A stretch of DNA of 63,837 bases, counting the filler, from Phoronis australis (lineage: Eukaryota; Animalia; Phoronida), in NCBI GenBank assembly GCA_002633005.1. It is 10 parts of 10 records of this genome, joined end to end, with 100 filler letters (N's around TTAATTAATTAA, not from the genome) between each part and the next. Parts side by side here need not be neighbours in the genome. Positions count along the whole stretch, not along the records: positions 21,192 to 24,219 come from NMRA01003269.1; positions 24,320 to 35,955 come from NMRA01001686.1; positions 36,056 to 38,363 come from NMRA01003746.1; 7 more parts are not named here. One strand, written 5' to 3'. Each line of letters opens with the position of its first letter. Within the stretch, counting starts at the first letter, position 1. Of the stretch, positions 23,211 through 37,006 are shown in pieces. Under the pieces are notes generated by a model. That model had not been told where the DNA came from. It saw only the letters and a list, made by a program, of their open reading frames with translations, and made no database searches. Both the position numbers and the translations under genes were made by a program.

Positions 23211-25140
23211 TATTCTGTTTTGTTTCTCTCAAGTACCTTGACAGATTTGTTTGTCCTATTGTCTTTCCTTGTTAGTTGTGCAATTGAGACAAACAGCTTA
23301 ACCTGGAGCTGTCCATCTGAGATAGCCTGTACAATTTACATTTTGTGCTCCTGACCAGAACATGTTTATTTTTTCTCACTACTTTTGATGGAGCTGGTAA
23401 GGCAATGTCTCCTAAATAATCAACAAATTTTAACAGCTTTAATGTAAGGCGCAATATGAAATGCTTGTTATATTTTATTCAACAGATAGTAGTTGGATGA
23501 GGAGGGACATCAAAACGATGATGCGTCATCTTCACTGTTATGCACCATGAAAAGGTATGTGGGAACCAATGAAAATTTTTTGAATGATTTGGTCACAGAA
23601 TCTTTTGTCAAATAAGTAATTAAAAAAATTACATGAAAAGGTGTGTGAGCTTTTTATACAAAAATGGAAAGCAAATATAAGAATGAAGTTATGTTTGTCA
23701 TACTGTGCCAGCATTCGTGTTAATACATAGAATTTCTCATTGCAGTGAAGAACTACAAATTGAACAGTGTTGAAACGAAGAAAACAGAAGTGGTGGACAA
23801 CAGCCTCAACAGTTTAGTTGAACTCTTCTATTTTTGTGGCCAGTTCGCACAAGCTGCTTTATCCCATGTGTGCCTTCTCATGAATTTGTAGCTGGTTCTT
23901 CTGGATGTACTTCTTGATTATAAACAGCATCAGTTTGACACTCGAAGACAATCTCTCATTAGGAAAAGGAAATAAATTCAGGGCATTTTGTTATGTAAAC
24001 TTCTAGTTTTGTGATTCAGTTAGTAGTGCAACCACTAACTTGATATTCTGTGAATGATGGTGAACAGTCTGGTGATGTTTGATCCCAGCTTTATATCTAA
24101 GGTGTAAGTCGCTTTTGTGGCTTGAAAGTGTCCACATAAATATGTTGTTGCAGGAAGCTTCCTCAGCAATTATAACCTAAATATAAAAATCATAACATAA
24201 ATTTGTCTAACAAACTGGTNNNNNNNNNNNNNNNNNNNNNNNNNNNNNNNNNNNNNNNNNNNNTTAATTAATTAANNNNNNNNNNNNNNNNNNNNNNNNN
24301 NNNNNNNNNNNNNNNNNNNAACATAATCATTGATGCTATTTCTGAATACGAAAATGAGAGGTAGGTAGGACGTTCAAGTGTTGACCCAGCGCCTTTCGTG
24401 CCTTGACTTCGTAACCATATCCCAACGTATTGTTTTAAAAGTACTTATCTTGGAAATTGCACTTAATCAATTTAGTTCAAAGTACTAGACACACTGAGGT
24501 CACAGCATATCTTGCGGCAAAATCAGGATAGGGGAAACGGGAATTTTAATTTAAGAATAAAAATAACAAATACTGTACTTAAAAATTATGTTTAAAGTGT
24601 ACTTTTAACGGAATTTTGTTATTTTAGATGTACTGGGCTAACCAGGTACTCCTAGCGAAGCCTTAGTAAACTAAGAAAACGCAAATTAAATCACGAAAAT
24701 GTAGGCCCGTCACTGAAACGATACCTGGAGTTGCCTTTTCGCGTCTTACTGCGTCACCGCAAGATCACTGCACAAACCACAACAGGTCGACAACAGTTAT
24801 ATTGAATAGGGGTCTGACTAGAACACCATTGTGTGCGGGTGTTATTCGCAGCTGATTGAATTAAAAGGTTTTTCTCGCGGTAACGTAGACAAAAGCAAAC
24901 CTATACGCCTAACAGTTCGTTATACATTGACAATATAAGACAAATATAATATTTGACAATTTAAGGAGCTAGTGAGCTCAGAGCGGTGCTTTTAGTATAC
25001 TGCAGGATCCAAATTAAGAACTGTTGCCGTTCAGGATAGGCATTTAATCAGTCGTTGTTAGTATCACAAACTTCTTTCACTTTTAAGAATGGGCAATACT
25101 GAGTATCACCTCATTGCTAGGTCTATCTAGACCAGCTTAC

Positions 25141-28100
25141 CTGTTGCCTTCGTAATCGATGGTCAAGGCCTGAGGACTGTAAAGCGATGATGTCACGATG
25201 GCAACACGCTCGCTTCCATCCAGACCTGAGCGCTCGATTTTACGGGATTTGTAGAGATCACCACTGTTTATGTTGTCAGCCCAGAAAATATACCTGACAA
25301 AAAGTGGAGATATGTCACACAGTTCAATTCATGGAGCAAGCATGCACCAGAACAAAGCGCAGGATACTGAACCCACAACATAACAGTAACTTTCCATCCC
25401 TTGCCATATTCCTGAGCAGAAATTAACCTTTGAATAGATTAAACGTCATTGTATCCAAAATCATCCATAAAACAACTTAAGGCAAACTCTAAAAAATTGT
25501 CACCAAATAATTATCGTTTGTCTTAAAGGATAATTATAATTCCTGAATTACCGATCGATCAAAACAACTAAACGACAAAAGTTATCACGTGAAAAATTTG
25601 CTTTTTCATATGCTGACCTTTGCCTTTACCAAAGATAGTGACAGCTGAGTTAATAGCAACATCAAAGAGAATTTTGAACTGTGTCCATGGCTTCACCACA
25701 AATGGTAGTCTTCTAAAGGTATTTATTATTATTGTCAATGTGGCCACTAGATGGCGCAAAATATGTCGAACTAGTCCAAAGTTTAGAAACAACAGGAAAG
25801 CGCCAACGTCTCGGTAGAAAACGTATTGCAAATTTTCACGGAAATTTGTCAAGGAACTTCAAAGAAACGTTATGTCACAGATGAGATATCCACTTGAGGT
25901 GCAGCCGTAGAGACGTTCGTCAAACAGCTGTCAAATTAATAGGAACATGCTCGACAAATGATAAGGTCTGCGAGTTGTCTTTATATGTCAAGGAACTCTG
26001 TCAATTGGGGTTACAGCCGTGTGATTCGAAAAGCATGCATTTGTTGTTTAGTTCCAGATATTGGATGTCGCAAGGGAGGTCAACTCACAGGCAGACCGTG
26101 CGTGTAGGGAGAATAACAGTACCACATGATCCAAGGAAAAAACGTTGTGATAGCCTGAGAAACCAAGTGAGAGTCCACTTTAGTCGTGGCTGGGAAGGAG
26201 AGAACCTGTCAGCCGGTCCCCACCCCAAAAGCCACCGGCACCTACCCCATCAAAGGATGCACTGCAATTCCCCAGGGTTTCTCCAGGTTAGTGTCTATTA
26301 CAGCTCGGTAAAACTTGGTGTCAGGCTCAAGTTTCGCCATCATGATCCAGTTGTAAGCGGTGTCCGTCCAATAGACATTTCCATGCACCCAGTCGACAGC
26401 AACACCGTGGACTTCATTGGATGTACCTATAGAAGAGAATGAGAAGTCACGTCAAGCATGACTGAATTGGTTATGGATTTGACAAGCATCTCTCCACTTA
26501 CGCTACACTACCTAGTATGTACTGTGCTGGACACAAATGAATAGTGATGCACTTTCGAAAATCCATTCACATCAGAATTCTCTATGTAAGTGACACTTAA
26601 AAGATAATAAAGCAACAGGTGATGCAAAAGTAACAAGTGATACAATGACCACAAGTAATGCAATAGTTTTATACAACAACCTGCACAACAGCATATGCAG
26701 TGACACCATACTCGCACTTGACAAAAATGGCTCTGTAGGTAAGTACCACAGGGCAATCCAAAGTAAGTAACATAAAGACTTTATCCATAAAATCTTCTAT
26801 CAAAACAATTTATAGTCATTGATAAACATATTTTGGTAAGAGCATTACTTTAATCCAAACTTGATTGAAAATACCACAGTACTTTTTATTGAACTTTTTG
26901 TTATAAACTTGCTCATACTCTCTGTACGAATTCCCGCGTGCAGTTGAGCATCAAACTTCCAATACATATTACGTTGTTGAAAATTCCCTTGAAAATTTGC
27001 TTTACATATTCACACGAGAAAATAGCAAACAGCACAGAGTATGAGCAAACGTACGTCCATCAAGCTGTATAACAGAAACTACGGTGACTGTCGCGTTATT
27101 TATCAGCTGCAGTCAAAGGAACAAAATATCCCACCCTCATAAATGGTGTAGACCTTCTCTGTTCCATCCATGGATAGGGACAGAATACGTTTCGCAGAAC
27201 GGTCAAACGCTACTATGCTCTTCTTGGCATAGTAGAGGTCCATGTCATAAAGATTCATTCCAAATTTGTACATGTAAAATGGTTTTGGCACGTACGGGGC
27301 GTCAAACCACTTGTCGGGGTGAAGCTCGATACCGCTGATACGGGTGGCGCTTGATGTGTACATATTGTACAGTAGACTGGTACCATGGTTGTAGCGACCT
27401 ATCATGAAACAAATGATTAAATTACCAGCATTATGCTTATCACCATAATTTCCTTTACACTTACTTATAAGTCCCTGCCGCACCAGCAAGCTCAACCCAT
27501 CAATACAACTTGGTGAAACATGTTGGGAATGAGTAAAAAAGAGCAATTTTGGCCATACACTGGTCTACCAAATGGGACAACGTTCAACGAGGTTTCTATT
27601 CATAATATTGAATATCTAGTGACAAAGCCCTTTGGTGTGGCAAGCCGTGGTGCGACAAGCCGTTGGTGTTACAGGGCCCCTGGTTCGACAATCCGTTAGT
27701 GTGCTATGTTCTTTGCGTAAAAGCACTTTGGTATGAGAAACTCCTTAGTTTGACAGACCCTTTGGTGTGACAGAGCCCCTGGTGTCACAGGGCCTTTGGA
27801 GTGACATGGCCTTTTGCGAAATAGGCACAATGTTGTGACAGTGCCTTTGGTTTGACAGACCCCTAGGTGTGACAAATTCCTTGCTGCGACAGTGCCCCCG
27901 GTGTGACAAAAACCTTCTAGTGGCATGTTCCATGGTGTGACTAGCCCCTTGGTGTGACAGTGCCCTTGGAGTGACAGGGTCCTAGGTGCGACAGTGATAA
28001 TGACCCTTAATGATGGTAAAAAATACTGATAGGCCGTCCATCTACATCCCCCACTATCTGCTAAGTCAACCTCCAAAATCATGCGCGCACACAGGGGGAG

Positions 28101-31100
28101 GGTGCTCGGAGGCTCAAAGGAGCCCCTCCATTTGGCAAAGTGGGCAAAATGTTCCGCCTCTGAGAAACAAAAGTCCGAGAAAATCGGACAAAAGTCCTCT
28201 AAATAAGCACAATCGCGCAATTCACAGTGGTGCCCCCGTTTTCTATTTTAGTCCACCCGCTTTTTTGTTACCAAAAGGTCAACAACCTCAAAAATTCGAG
28301 CTCCCCATATTGAAGGCTGGGTGCGAGCATGAAAATTACAGTTCCTCCTACTTTTCGCAAGTTTCTATTTCCCCAGTCCTATCTCATTCTGCTCCATTCT
28401 TCTCTGCACCCTCATTCCATTCTTCCCTCCGTTGCCCCTTCATACCATCCCTCCATCCCTTTGCTCCCTCATGCTTCCCTTAATTCCTTTATCCATTCAC
28501 GACCTCCCTCCCCGCACGTTGCCCCTTTATATTCCACATTCATTTGTAGAACTTGAGAAATGACGCCCGACATAGTCTGAACGTCAAGTACTAATTTTTA
28601 CGAAAGATGGAGCCCTATACGTGTGTGCATATAGAATAAAATGTTACTTAAGTACAATCTGCAACATTCCTCTCTTTATACAGATTAGAAGGTTATACAT
28701 GTTCTACAGAACGTTAACACAAAAGGATACATTACGACTGGTATAATTAGTGCCCACACTGTAGTAAGATAATCCACACTTAGTCACAAGTCCATAAATC
28801 GACCAGGTTTCGAAATCGTACTCTGAGAGCGTCAAAGCACAGGGTTCGAATCAGCTGCTGTAGAGGAATCAGTTCCAGTACTGTCTTTGATGAATCGGCA
28901 GTTCCGTGGAAGGGCAACATGTTGCACTCAACTTGCTCTGTCTTGGCAAGGAAGGTTTGAAGGTCAGTCAGAGATTTTGATAGATTTATGCTGTTCATCA
29001 CACCCGTGTCTCTGGTCGGAATCTTTCTCTGCCAATAATACGGCCAAAGATGGGTGTCCCGGTGCATGGAATGCAACATTTATGTGCATTGAATTTCATA
29101 CCTGTTTCACTGAGCCGGCATCGTCACTACTGTCACTGGCGCGAACGCTCAATGCAATTACATCGTTGCACCTTTGAGATCTCCAAAATTCTCGTATATT
29201 TTGCGCTGGAGGGAGATCATACTCCCATTTAAGACCAAACGGCAAACGCTTGAGCATGTGACGACCGGATGGCCAGTTAAAATCGGTATAATGTGAACTC
29301 TCAGGGTGCAGTATCATGTTTTAGTAACCACTTCAGGGGTGGATGACCGAGAAGCATTTTGTTCCACTCAGTTTCGGTAAGGTATCATCCACAGTCAGTG
29401 TTTAGGACCGTCGCTTTATCGCAACGTTCAGGTCCTTTGGGTCGAAACATCTTCTAACCTGACCATTAGACTTTTTAACGCGCAGACGAGAGTTAACCCA
29501 GTCGAAGGATTTGTCCGACCCGGCTATAATTCCTTGGAACCACTAAGAAGGAAGCTTGGTTTTGAGCTTATCTTTGAGTCTTCCGTGACTCCGCGTGGTG
29601 GATGCACAATATAAGATACAGTTGAACCGATAATGAGCTTGTGTTCACCTTGCATGCAGCCTACTCCGTCAAAGCAAGCGGGAAAGTCCTTTAAGACCAA
29701 TTTACAGTTCAATGTTGTAGACATGCATCTAGAGTAGAACCAGTTTCTTATTGGAAGGGAGAGCAAGTATCATATAATGTGACGGGTCAATTTCGAATAA
29801 TTAAGTACATGTGCCCGGATGAGGAATGGTGGTTCCCCCATAGGCTTTGATAGTGGTGGTAGTCAGGCACAGCCTCAGCTGCGACTTGAATTTCGCATAC
29901 ACATTTACAGGCAAAATGTTCCCCTCTACACCACAGTCCATTTTACACGCAGCAATTTAGCTTTGCTTTTCCGAGGTTCCTTCACATTCGAGGTACAGTA
30001 TGTCAAAATACAATGACTGGGCAGACCGACTATTGTTCTCTGACTCCAAATCAGCCTCTTGAGGGCTCTTTCTATCAACTTCGATATGGTGCGCGTGTTA
30101 GCGTTTGAAGTTTTGCTGGCTCCAGACGGGATTGCAATATGCTTTTAGATGATGATGGTTTCGGCTTACCTGAACGATAACTGGCTTACCAGTGATTTTG
30201 CTTTCCACAACTGGCGCAGATAGAGTCAAATGCTGGGCACTTAGTCCTGTCCAGGACATGGGTCAGACTACAGAAAGTGCACTGTGACATGTGTTTTGTT
30301 GACACAACATAAACTTTGGCAGTGGTACTACGAATATCATTTGTGTGTGCTTTCGCAGCTTTAACGGCACGCTTAAAGTCGAGGGTGCGATCAAGAGTCG
30401 GGTTACTCTGTTCAAAAAGTCTGTTTACGAATGCTATTGACTTAGACTGTTAAAGCGTACTATCATAGTTACGGTCACTGATAGCCAGGCGAATTAACAA
30501 ATGAGTCGATAATTCCGTTGCCTTTTTGGAGCAATCGTAGTTAGTATCTTGTGATTCTGAAATTCTTTCTGGGTGCTACATACATGTACGGCTCAGAATT
30601 TGACCAGAAGGCTTCTAACTTTTTGCTATCAATCTCACTCGTGCTCCAGCAAGAAATGATTTCTCTGGCCTCTTTTCCAGCCCAGAAAATAAGTTATCAC
30701 ACTCTATTGGTCCCTGAGTTTGAATTTAGGGGACACAAGAAATAGAGCAGAAATTTTGAAAAATGTTGAAAGCCTGCTGGGCATCAGGTAAGCGCCAGTC
30801 CATTGACAGTGATGCAACACTTTTTGGTGGCGCCATTTTGATTATCGACTGAGGTTTCGAAAAAAACGTTTATACGGGTTACAAGTAGTAAGTCGAATAA
30901 AGTCAGCGACCTGAGGAGTTTGTGACGCTTAAAAGTTCAATTCAATTACTCTGGCACCATGTCTTGTTCTACATTCGTTGTAGAGCTCCCTCTCTCCATC
31001 TCCCTCTCTCTCTCTCCCTGTCTCTCTCTCCCACCTCTCCCCTCTCTCTCCCTCCTCTCCACTCCCTCTCCCTCCATCTTTCTCTCTGTCCCCCCCCTCT

Positions 31101-33544
31101 CTCTCTCCCTCTCTCTCTCTCTCTCTCGCTCGCTCGCTCTCTCTCTCTCTCTTCTTTCCTCTCCTTCCTTAGCCCTTTCCCTCCTGACTCACTGTCTTTA
31201 TTTTTCAATCACTCCATAGACATTATCGTCCTACCTATTTTACCCTAATTGCTTATTACCACACATAACCCTACCTACTGATGGTGTGTTAGTCGGTACG
31301 AAAAACACCCCCTACATTTTGCAATTTGTTAGCCATTAAACAATCAACCCCCTGTTAATCATTAGCACAATCAATCATTAACACACATATCCCAATCTAT
31401 TATCCCTTGTTATTTACTACCGTACATACACTCACGCCAAATGCAAACTTGTTAGGCAATGCTATACATACCTCCCTACATATTGCATCCTTGTTACTCA
31501 CTAGCTATCGTGTCCTCCATCATATTGTACCATTGTTAGTCATTGCCAAACATACCCCTTACCTTTTGTACAGTTCTTAGCATCCTGCAATAGTCTGTGT
31601 CCCTCTAAGCACTGACATTTCACGTCCTTCTGTCCAACTGGCAAACAAATAAACTGACATCCCCCATTGTTCTTGTCACACTGCGTGGGACCTGCAGATG
31701 AAGAGTCACAGTGAGCACGCGATATCTTCACCCACTGCTGTTATCCATATTAGTAACAAATATAAAACCAGGATAAATTATAGAAGAAAAATAGGCTAAC
31801 AAATAAAGTTGCATTAAATTGGTCGACCTAATAACTACTAACTGCTGACTGGGTTCACTTTTCAAATAGGATCCGTTCCATTTTCATGGTAAACCTGACA
31901 ACAGTACGTAAATCGTCTTACTTGGAAGTCGCACCTAATAAAACGTGGAAAGATGTTGTCACTATAGCAACGTTATCAAAATTTATTTTAGCTGTTCAGA
32001 TAGTTGTGTTATTTTATGCTGATCCAATCTCGTGATGTCATCGAGAGGTAACCAGGCATTTGTACTATTCTACATCAAAATGAGTTTGTCAGAAATTTGC
32101 AAGGAAAAATCGTGATATAGGTAATGCAAAGCCAAGGGAACATCTAGCAGTCTGGCATCAGTGTTGCCAGGTGTAAAGCATGTTTTACAGAGATATTCCA
32201 AAGACTGGCGTGTCACCAAAGTGTTTGAACTACGTCACACCCTTAAAAGATGAAAATTGCGTATAACTTGATAGACTTCCTAATTTCATTTTGGTTAATC
32301 CCTACTTTACTTTCAAGGTACAAGAAACCAGGTAAACACAGTCCTTTGATGCATTTGTCTATTAATTAATATCGAAAGCCTTCATTTCACATTGATTACA
32401 AATTAACATCCCGAATAGCACCTCAACATTAATCCTTGGGATTATTCACTCGTCACACACGTCTTAATGATTCAGAGTCTTTGGTTCACCATCTACCGAA
32501 GGTTAAGTGGATACCTCACGAACCAGAACAGTTCAGCTATACATGTGATAAAGTACCTTTATATAACATGTCATCCTTGCACAATGTCAGGCCTTCAAGT
32601 TTGCCGAAGGTTGTCACATCATCAAGCTGACCCATGACAGACGCGTTCATTTTGTTCACGTACATTATGTGGCTGAAAAGAGTCACACACATCGGTGAGG
32701 ACCAGTTACAAAGTCGAAAGCCTTTTACCCAAAATATGAAAACATGATCAAATGGTATCCATGGACAACTTTTAAAGGTACTTTCCCTCCTAATCACCGT
32801 AAACAAAAGAAAGACCATTTACAATGATCGCAAAATTCATGTGAGTACAAAACATGGCTCTATGGAATGAGGGAGGGAGGGTCGTTAACGCTAAGGGAGG
32901 AAGTGAGGGAGGACCAGGGGCTTGCAGCTGGAGCACATTTTGCCCTCATTAGCATGCCAAAGTTAGAAGAAAAAAACAGTGTTTTACTTATTATATCATA
33001 AAAATGAGACACATGTCGTGACTACCCCCATGCAATCGAACGAAATGCAGAGGTTTTACAGGTGAATTGTCATTGCTGCATGTTAAACTGCTTGCAGTTA
33101 CTCCTCCATTTAAACAACCAGACACAAGCGCATGTAAACACACACACGCACACAGAGCCACACACATTTTGCGGATGACTCAACATGAAAACTGGCCATT
33201 TCCTCGGCATGGACAATCAAATTTTATGTTTATCAAATGCCATGTGGTCAATGGCTGGTCAGCAAGGTCCATTGCTCCCCCCCTCGCTGCCATCCAGACG
33301 TGAAGCAGCTGTCCGCTAAATAGAATATCCGTGAAAGGTACTGTACTCCGGGCCTTGAGATGATAGACTTACTTGTTCTCCTTGCTGATGTAATAAATCA
33401 ACTCATTATCAACAGCAATCTGTTGACACATATTAATTGTCTTGTTCAGTGACTTGAAGTCTGCAACAACGCTTCTTTTGGAAAGTGCCACATTGTACGA
33501 CTCGATGCGGTGCGTTACAGAATCACACCAGTACAAAGTGTGTC
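25141..33544 (-). CDS. LDL-receptor-related (LRP-type) YWTD beta-propeller/EGF protein, internal fragment
   Basis: Six phase-compatible GT-AG exons: 33373-33544 (LYWCDSVTHRIE), 32557-32672, 31563-31691 (EGF CDKNNGGCQFICLP..CQCLEGHRLLQDAKNC), 27135-27398, 26246-26426 (GVAVDWVHGNVYWTD..LEKPWGIAVHP), 25141-25293 (YIFWAD..IERSGLDGSER..PQALTIDY). Confidence 0.9.
27618..27995. repeat. Degenerate ~20-bp minisatellite (cccttggtgtgacagag-like)
   Basis: Many imperfect units with ggtgtgaca core. Confidence 0.85.
28080..28331. mobile_element. MITE, CATGCGCGCAC TIR family, perfect 5-bp TSD
   Basis: AAAAT at 28075-28079 and 28332-28336; internal sequence related to 8558-8759. Confidence 0.85.
28545..30290 (-). 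mobile_element. Decayed, internally deleted Gypsy LTR retrotransposon in an LRP intron
   Basis: Gag knuckle CPAFDSICASCGKQNHW (~30190-30240); DFPACFDGVGCMQGEHKL..VHPPR; RT motifs VKKSNGQVRRCFDPKDLNVAIKR and TDFNWPSGRHMLKRLPFGL; PPT aaagagaggaa followed by TG at 28666. Left boundary approximate. Confidence 0.85.
30985..31190. repeat. CT-rich microsatellite
   Basis: (CT)n-dominated tract; ORFs over it are low-complexity artefacts. Confidence 0.95.
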
Positions 33545-36516
33545 CTGAAATGTGCGACAGTGTGTCATTTTGATACTGATCGGAACACAGCGCTGCACAA
33601 TATTATTACCTAAGATGTACCATATTTCCAACAGCCATCTATGAACAGTGAATTACAATATTTATTATTTTTTTTGCTCTAGCATGATAATTACAAGTCA
33701 CATAAAGCAATATACTATACATCGTTTAAATAACATTACATCTTTACTCAACAAGTGCCATATTTCCTTCAGGATTTAATGAAGTTAATGAACAATTCGA
33801 TATTAAGGTTTTTTAACAAACTTTTGACTAAATATGTAATTTTTTGCTAGCATGGTCAACAAATTAATATTACAATTTTCCGACTTAATGTTTCCAAAAA
33901 ACACTGCTATCTTGCCCACATGGAAATTTACATATGTTTGTTTTAACCAATCAGCAAACAGGAGCCAGAAAACGGAGACAAGACGACATTCCCAAAACAG
34001 ATGGAGAAAAGTTTCACTGTGTTCACCACAGAAAGAGCATAAATCACTTGTTTTTATTTTAATTCATGTAAATAATTATTAGTTGGCAATATTCTGTGAA
34101 TTAAGTGGTATTGAAACCAACTCAATTTTGTATCTTTTGTACAACTGAAGGGGAGTTTATTTACTTTTCTCCACCATGTATGAGTCACTGAAATTTATAT
34201 TATTTATAACACCGTTTATATCTATCTCAGATGACCACTTGTTTTTATACTTACAAGATGTCTGAAGTGACTGTACCAAGGTGTCATAAATATTTACCGC
34301 TTGTGATTTATTATGTAAAATTTTATACATATTACTTGGAAAATTTTGTAAAAAGATATTGTGTTGTCTATTTTTAAGACCCCTGTACGCTGCAAAGGTT
34401 GCACTTCTTAATCCATAGAATTCTAGTATTGGAGGTTGAAAGTTATAACTATTACAGAGTTGTTCTTATGACATAAAAGAACCTTCAGCACGATAGACTC
34501 CCCTTTCATACCAGGTGTTGTAGAAAATAGATTTTCTACCAACTTTAATCTCTAAATTATACCACAGGGGAGAATAAATAATATTTTCATTTTTGTCACA
34601 CATTGGAAACAGGAGCACAACATCGCTTAAAACTTCCTTCCAGAACAGATTGTCTGTGCCTTTAGCTATTTTTTAAGGAAAGCGTCTCCCATTTTAAAAA
34701 AGTTATCATATTTACAGCCTAAAACTGCCTCTGCAAGGTCACGTATGGTATTTGAGGTGAATAGTTTACGAAGCCACGATATTGGCAAAGACTTAATAAT
34801 AAAAACTAAAATGAACCATTTTAGACTACCATGATCCTGATTTTGTACATTTTCATTTCGGCTAAACTTGCTCTAATTCTTGAATTACAATATTGATGCC
34901 AAAAACTTTGGTGAGTTGAGTAAGGTTCAATACTTTGGTGTTTCCCCGAGGCCACCCAGAATAGCAAATTGACCCTTTGAAAACTAGGTCAATTGGACAT
35001 ATATTTCTACATCTGCAAATAGGAGAGTTGAAGTCAGGATGTCGCAAATAAAATGCATAATGTCTGTGTCCACCTTGGTCACCATGCGATAACAAACCAG
35101 GGGATATACGTATCACAATTTTATCAGCCTGAAATTTTATGAATGTGATGCAAGTAATCTGAGCCAAAAATCCTACAGCACAGGTCGGGTAATTTCCTGT
35201 GGCCAGGTGGTAAAAAAGTCAACAATCGATCGTTCACTTTTCAACTTGGGTTGGACAGCCGAATGAGAAAACATCACCACAGAGATACCGAACCACTCGT
35301 CTCTGACCTCTCGGAAAAAGTTTTCGACCTGATCTGTATGAACAAGTTTTGATCTATTGTTGTTAAGATTTGAAAAACCTACGGGCAAGTCAAATGTGTG
35401 GATTCAAAGCTTATCTAGCAAAGAATTCATTTACATGTAAAAGTATTTATTGATCATTTTTGTAATGACAGCTTTGTAGTTTCACATTGTCCTATAACGG
35501 TTTCTGAAACAGTCATCAAAGTCGCATATTGTTTAATTGAGGAAATACACTAACAAGCGGATAAATATTATAGAACGAGGCAACTAGGGTATACTCATCA
35601 ACACTATAGGTGACATTTCCATAAAAAATAACTGAAGTTTATGACGTAATATTTTAGTGTTAGTAATGCCTGACTCTGGATATTGATGTAGGTTCACAGC
35701 ACAGGCATGCACGGTTATGTTCTAAGCTTTGTAAATTTAAGTCAACCACAGCAATATTGCTCTTCTTGAGGACATATTTATATCGTTTCAAATTATTTCG
35801 AAGTTCTTCTGTTGGTGAAAAGAATGAACGATAATGAATGAGCAAAACTGAATGCAAACGCCGATATGCACGAGTGGTCAATAAGTTTAAATTATTTATA
35901 GCACGAGGTATTCACTACATGACCAACACAAAGATCAGACACCTGCAGAACCCCTNNNNNNNNNNNNNNNNNNNNNNNNNNNNNNNNNNNNNNNNNNNNT
36001 TAATTAATTAANNNNNNNNNNNNNNNNNNNNNNNNNNNNNNNNNNNNNNNNNNNNGTTAGGGGACATTATGCCACAATATTTTCATTGAAGTTTGAAAAT
36101 TTTGTTAGAATAAGTTCTATTAACACATCATAAAGACAATTATCAATACTGTCACCATCAGCACAACTAAGGTGTGAGTCGGACATTGTCGACAACAGCT
36201 CTCTAGCCAAATATCAACAAATGTATAGATTGAAGTCAATAAATGTGTAATTATATATTTTCTGAAGCTAAAGAGCCTGTATGATTTGATTTTTGTCTTT
36301 ATATTCATCTGTCATTAATTGGGTCAAGTCCTTTTTGTAAAATTATCAAAATGATAGGTACATATATGTAGCAAAACAATGGTTTCAATAACATAACCAC
36401 GATTCGTTTGATCTAAGTGTTCAAGATGAAATCTCAAAAACGCTGCAACTGCTTTCTAAGTTTTTCTGTTACTCTTCGTTTTATACGCAAAGGTCCAACT
36501 TTTATAGCCTCTCACG

Positions 36517-37006
36517 CAGGCCTTCATGCAGCGTAGGTCCTGGGCGGCCAAATGGACGCCCTAGCACTAATGTGGACGCCTTAGAAAGGACACCCGGTGT
36601 ATCATTTGGATGCCCCTATCAATAGGAACCTTTCAAGTTTGGACACACACATTGTAATGATCACTAGGAAGCCCATGAAGACTCACAGTGGTGGCTCTTT
36701 TTTCAAAGCAGGAAGAAAATACAATGTATATACAAAGTATATACAATGTTGCTATGCTCACACTTGGTTGATAACATTGTAAAAGTCTTGGTCTCCACAG
36801 TTTTTTTAATAAAAATGCTCACTACAGAAGGCTGTTTTGTAAACTTAGATGTAGAAACCTTGGTCTACGCATTTTTTGTAAAAAAAATGTGCGTGTTTGG
36901 GGGGATTGCTAGGGGTGAGGGGTTACGCGTCGGAATCATGGACGTCCTGGAATATGGGGAACCCCATTTTGGACACCCTATATTCGAAATCCTGGATAAA
37001 GGCCTG
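36517..37006. mobile_element. hAT MITE with 8-bp TSD; extra copy of its right end at ~37060-37148
   Basis: CAGGCCTT...AAGGCCTG termini; CTCTCACG at 36509-36516 and 37007-37014; related end at 49860-49876. Confidence 0.85.

Noticed and set aside
21192-24219. Coding-like stretches at 21200-21760 (+) and 23700-24180 (-)
   Set aside because: Multiple stops in all frames and no family assignable by eye.
30922-31248. Leu/Ser- or Glu/Arg-rich ORFs
   Set aside because: Translations of a CT microsatellite.
36688-36710. Second histone-like stem-loop (ggtggctcttttttcaaagc)
   Set aside because: Stem does not close, and it lies inside a hAT MITE.
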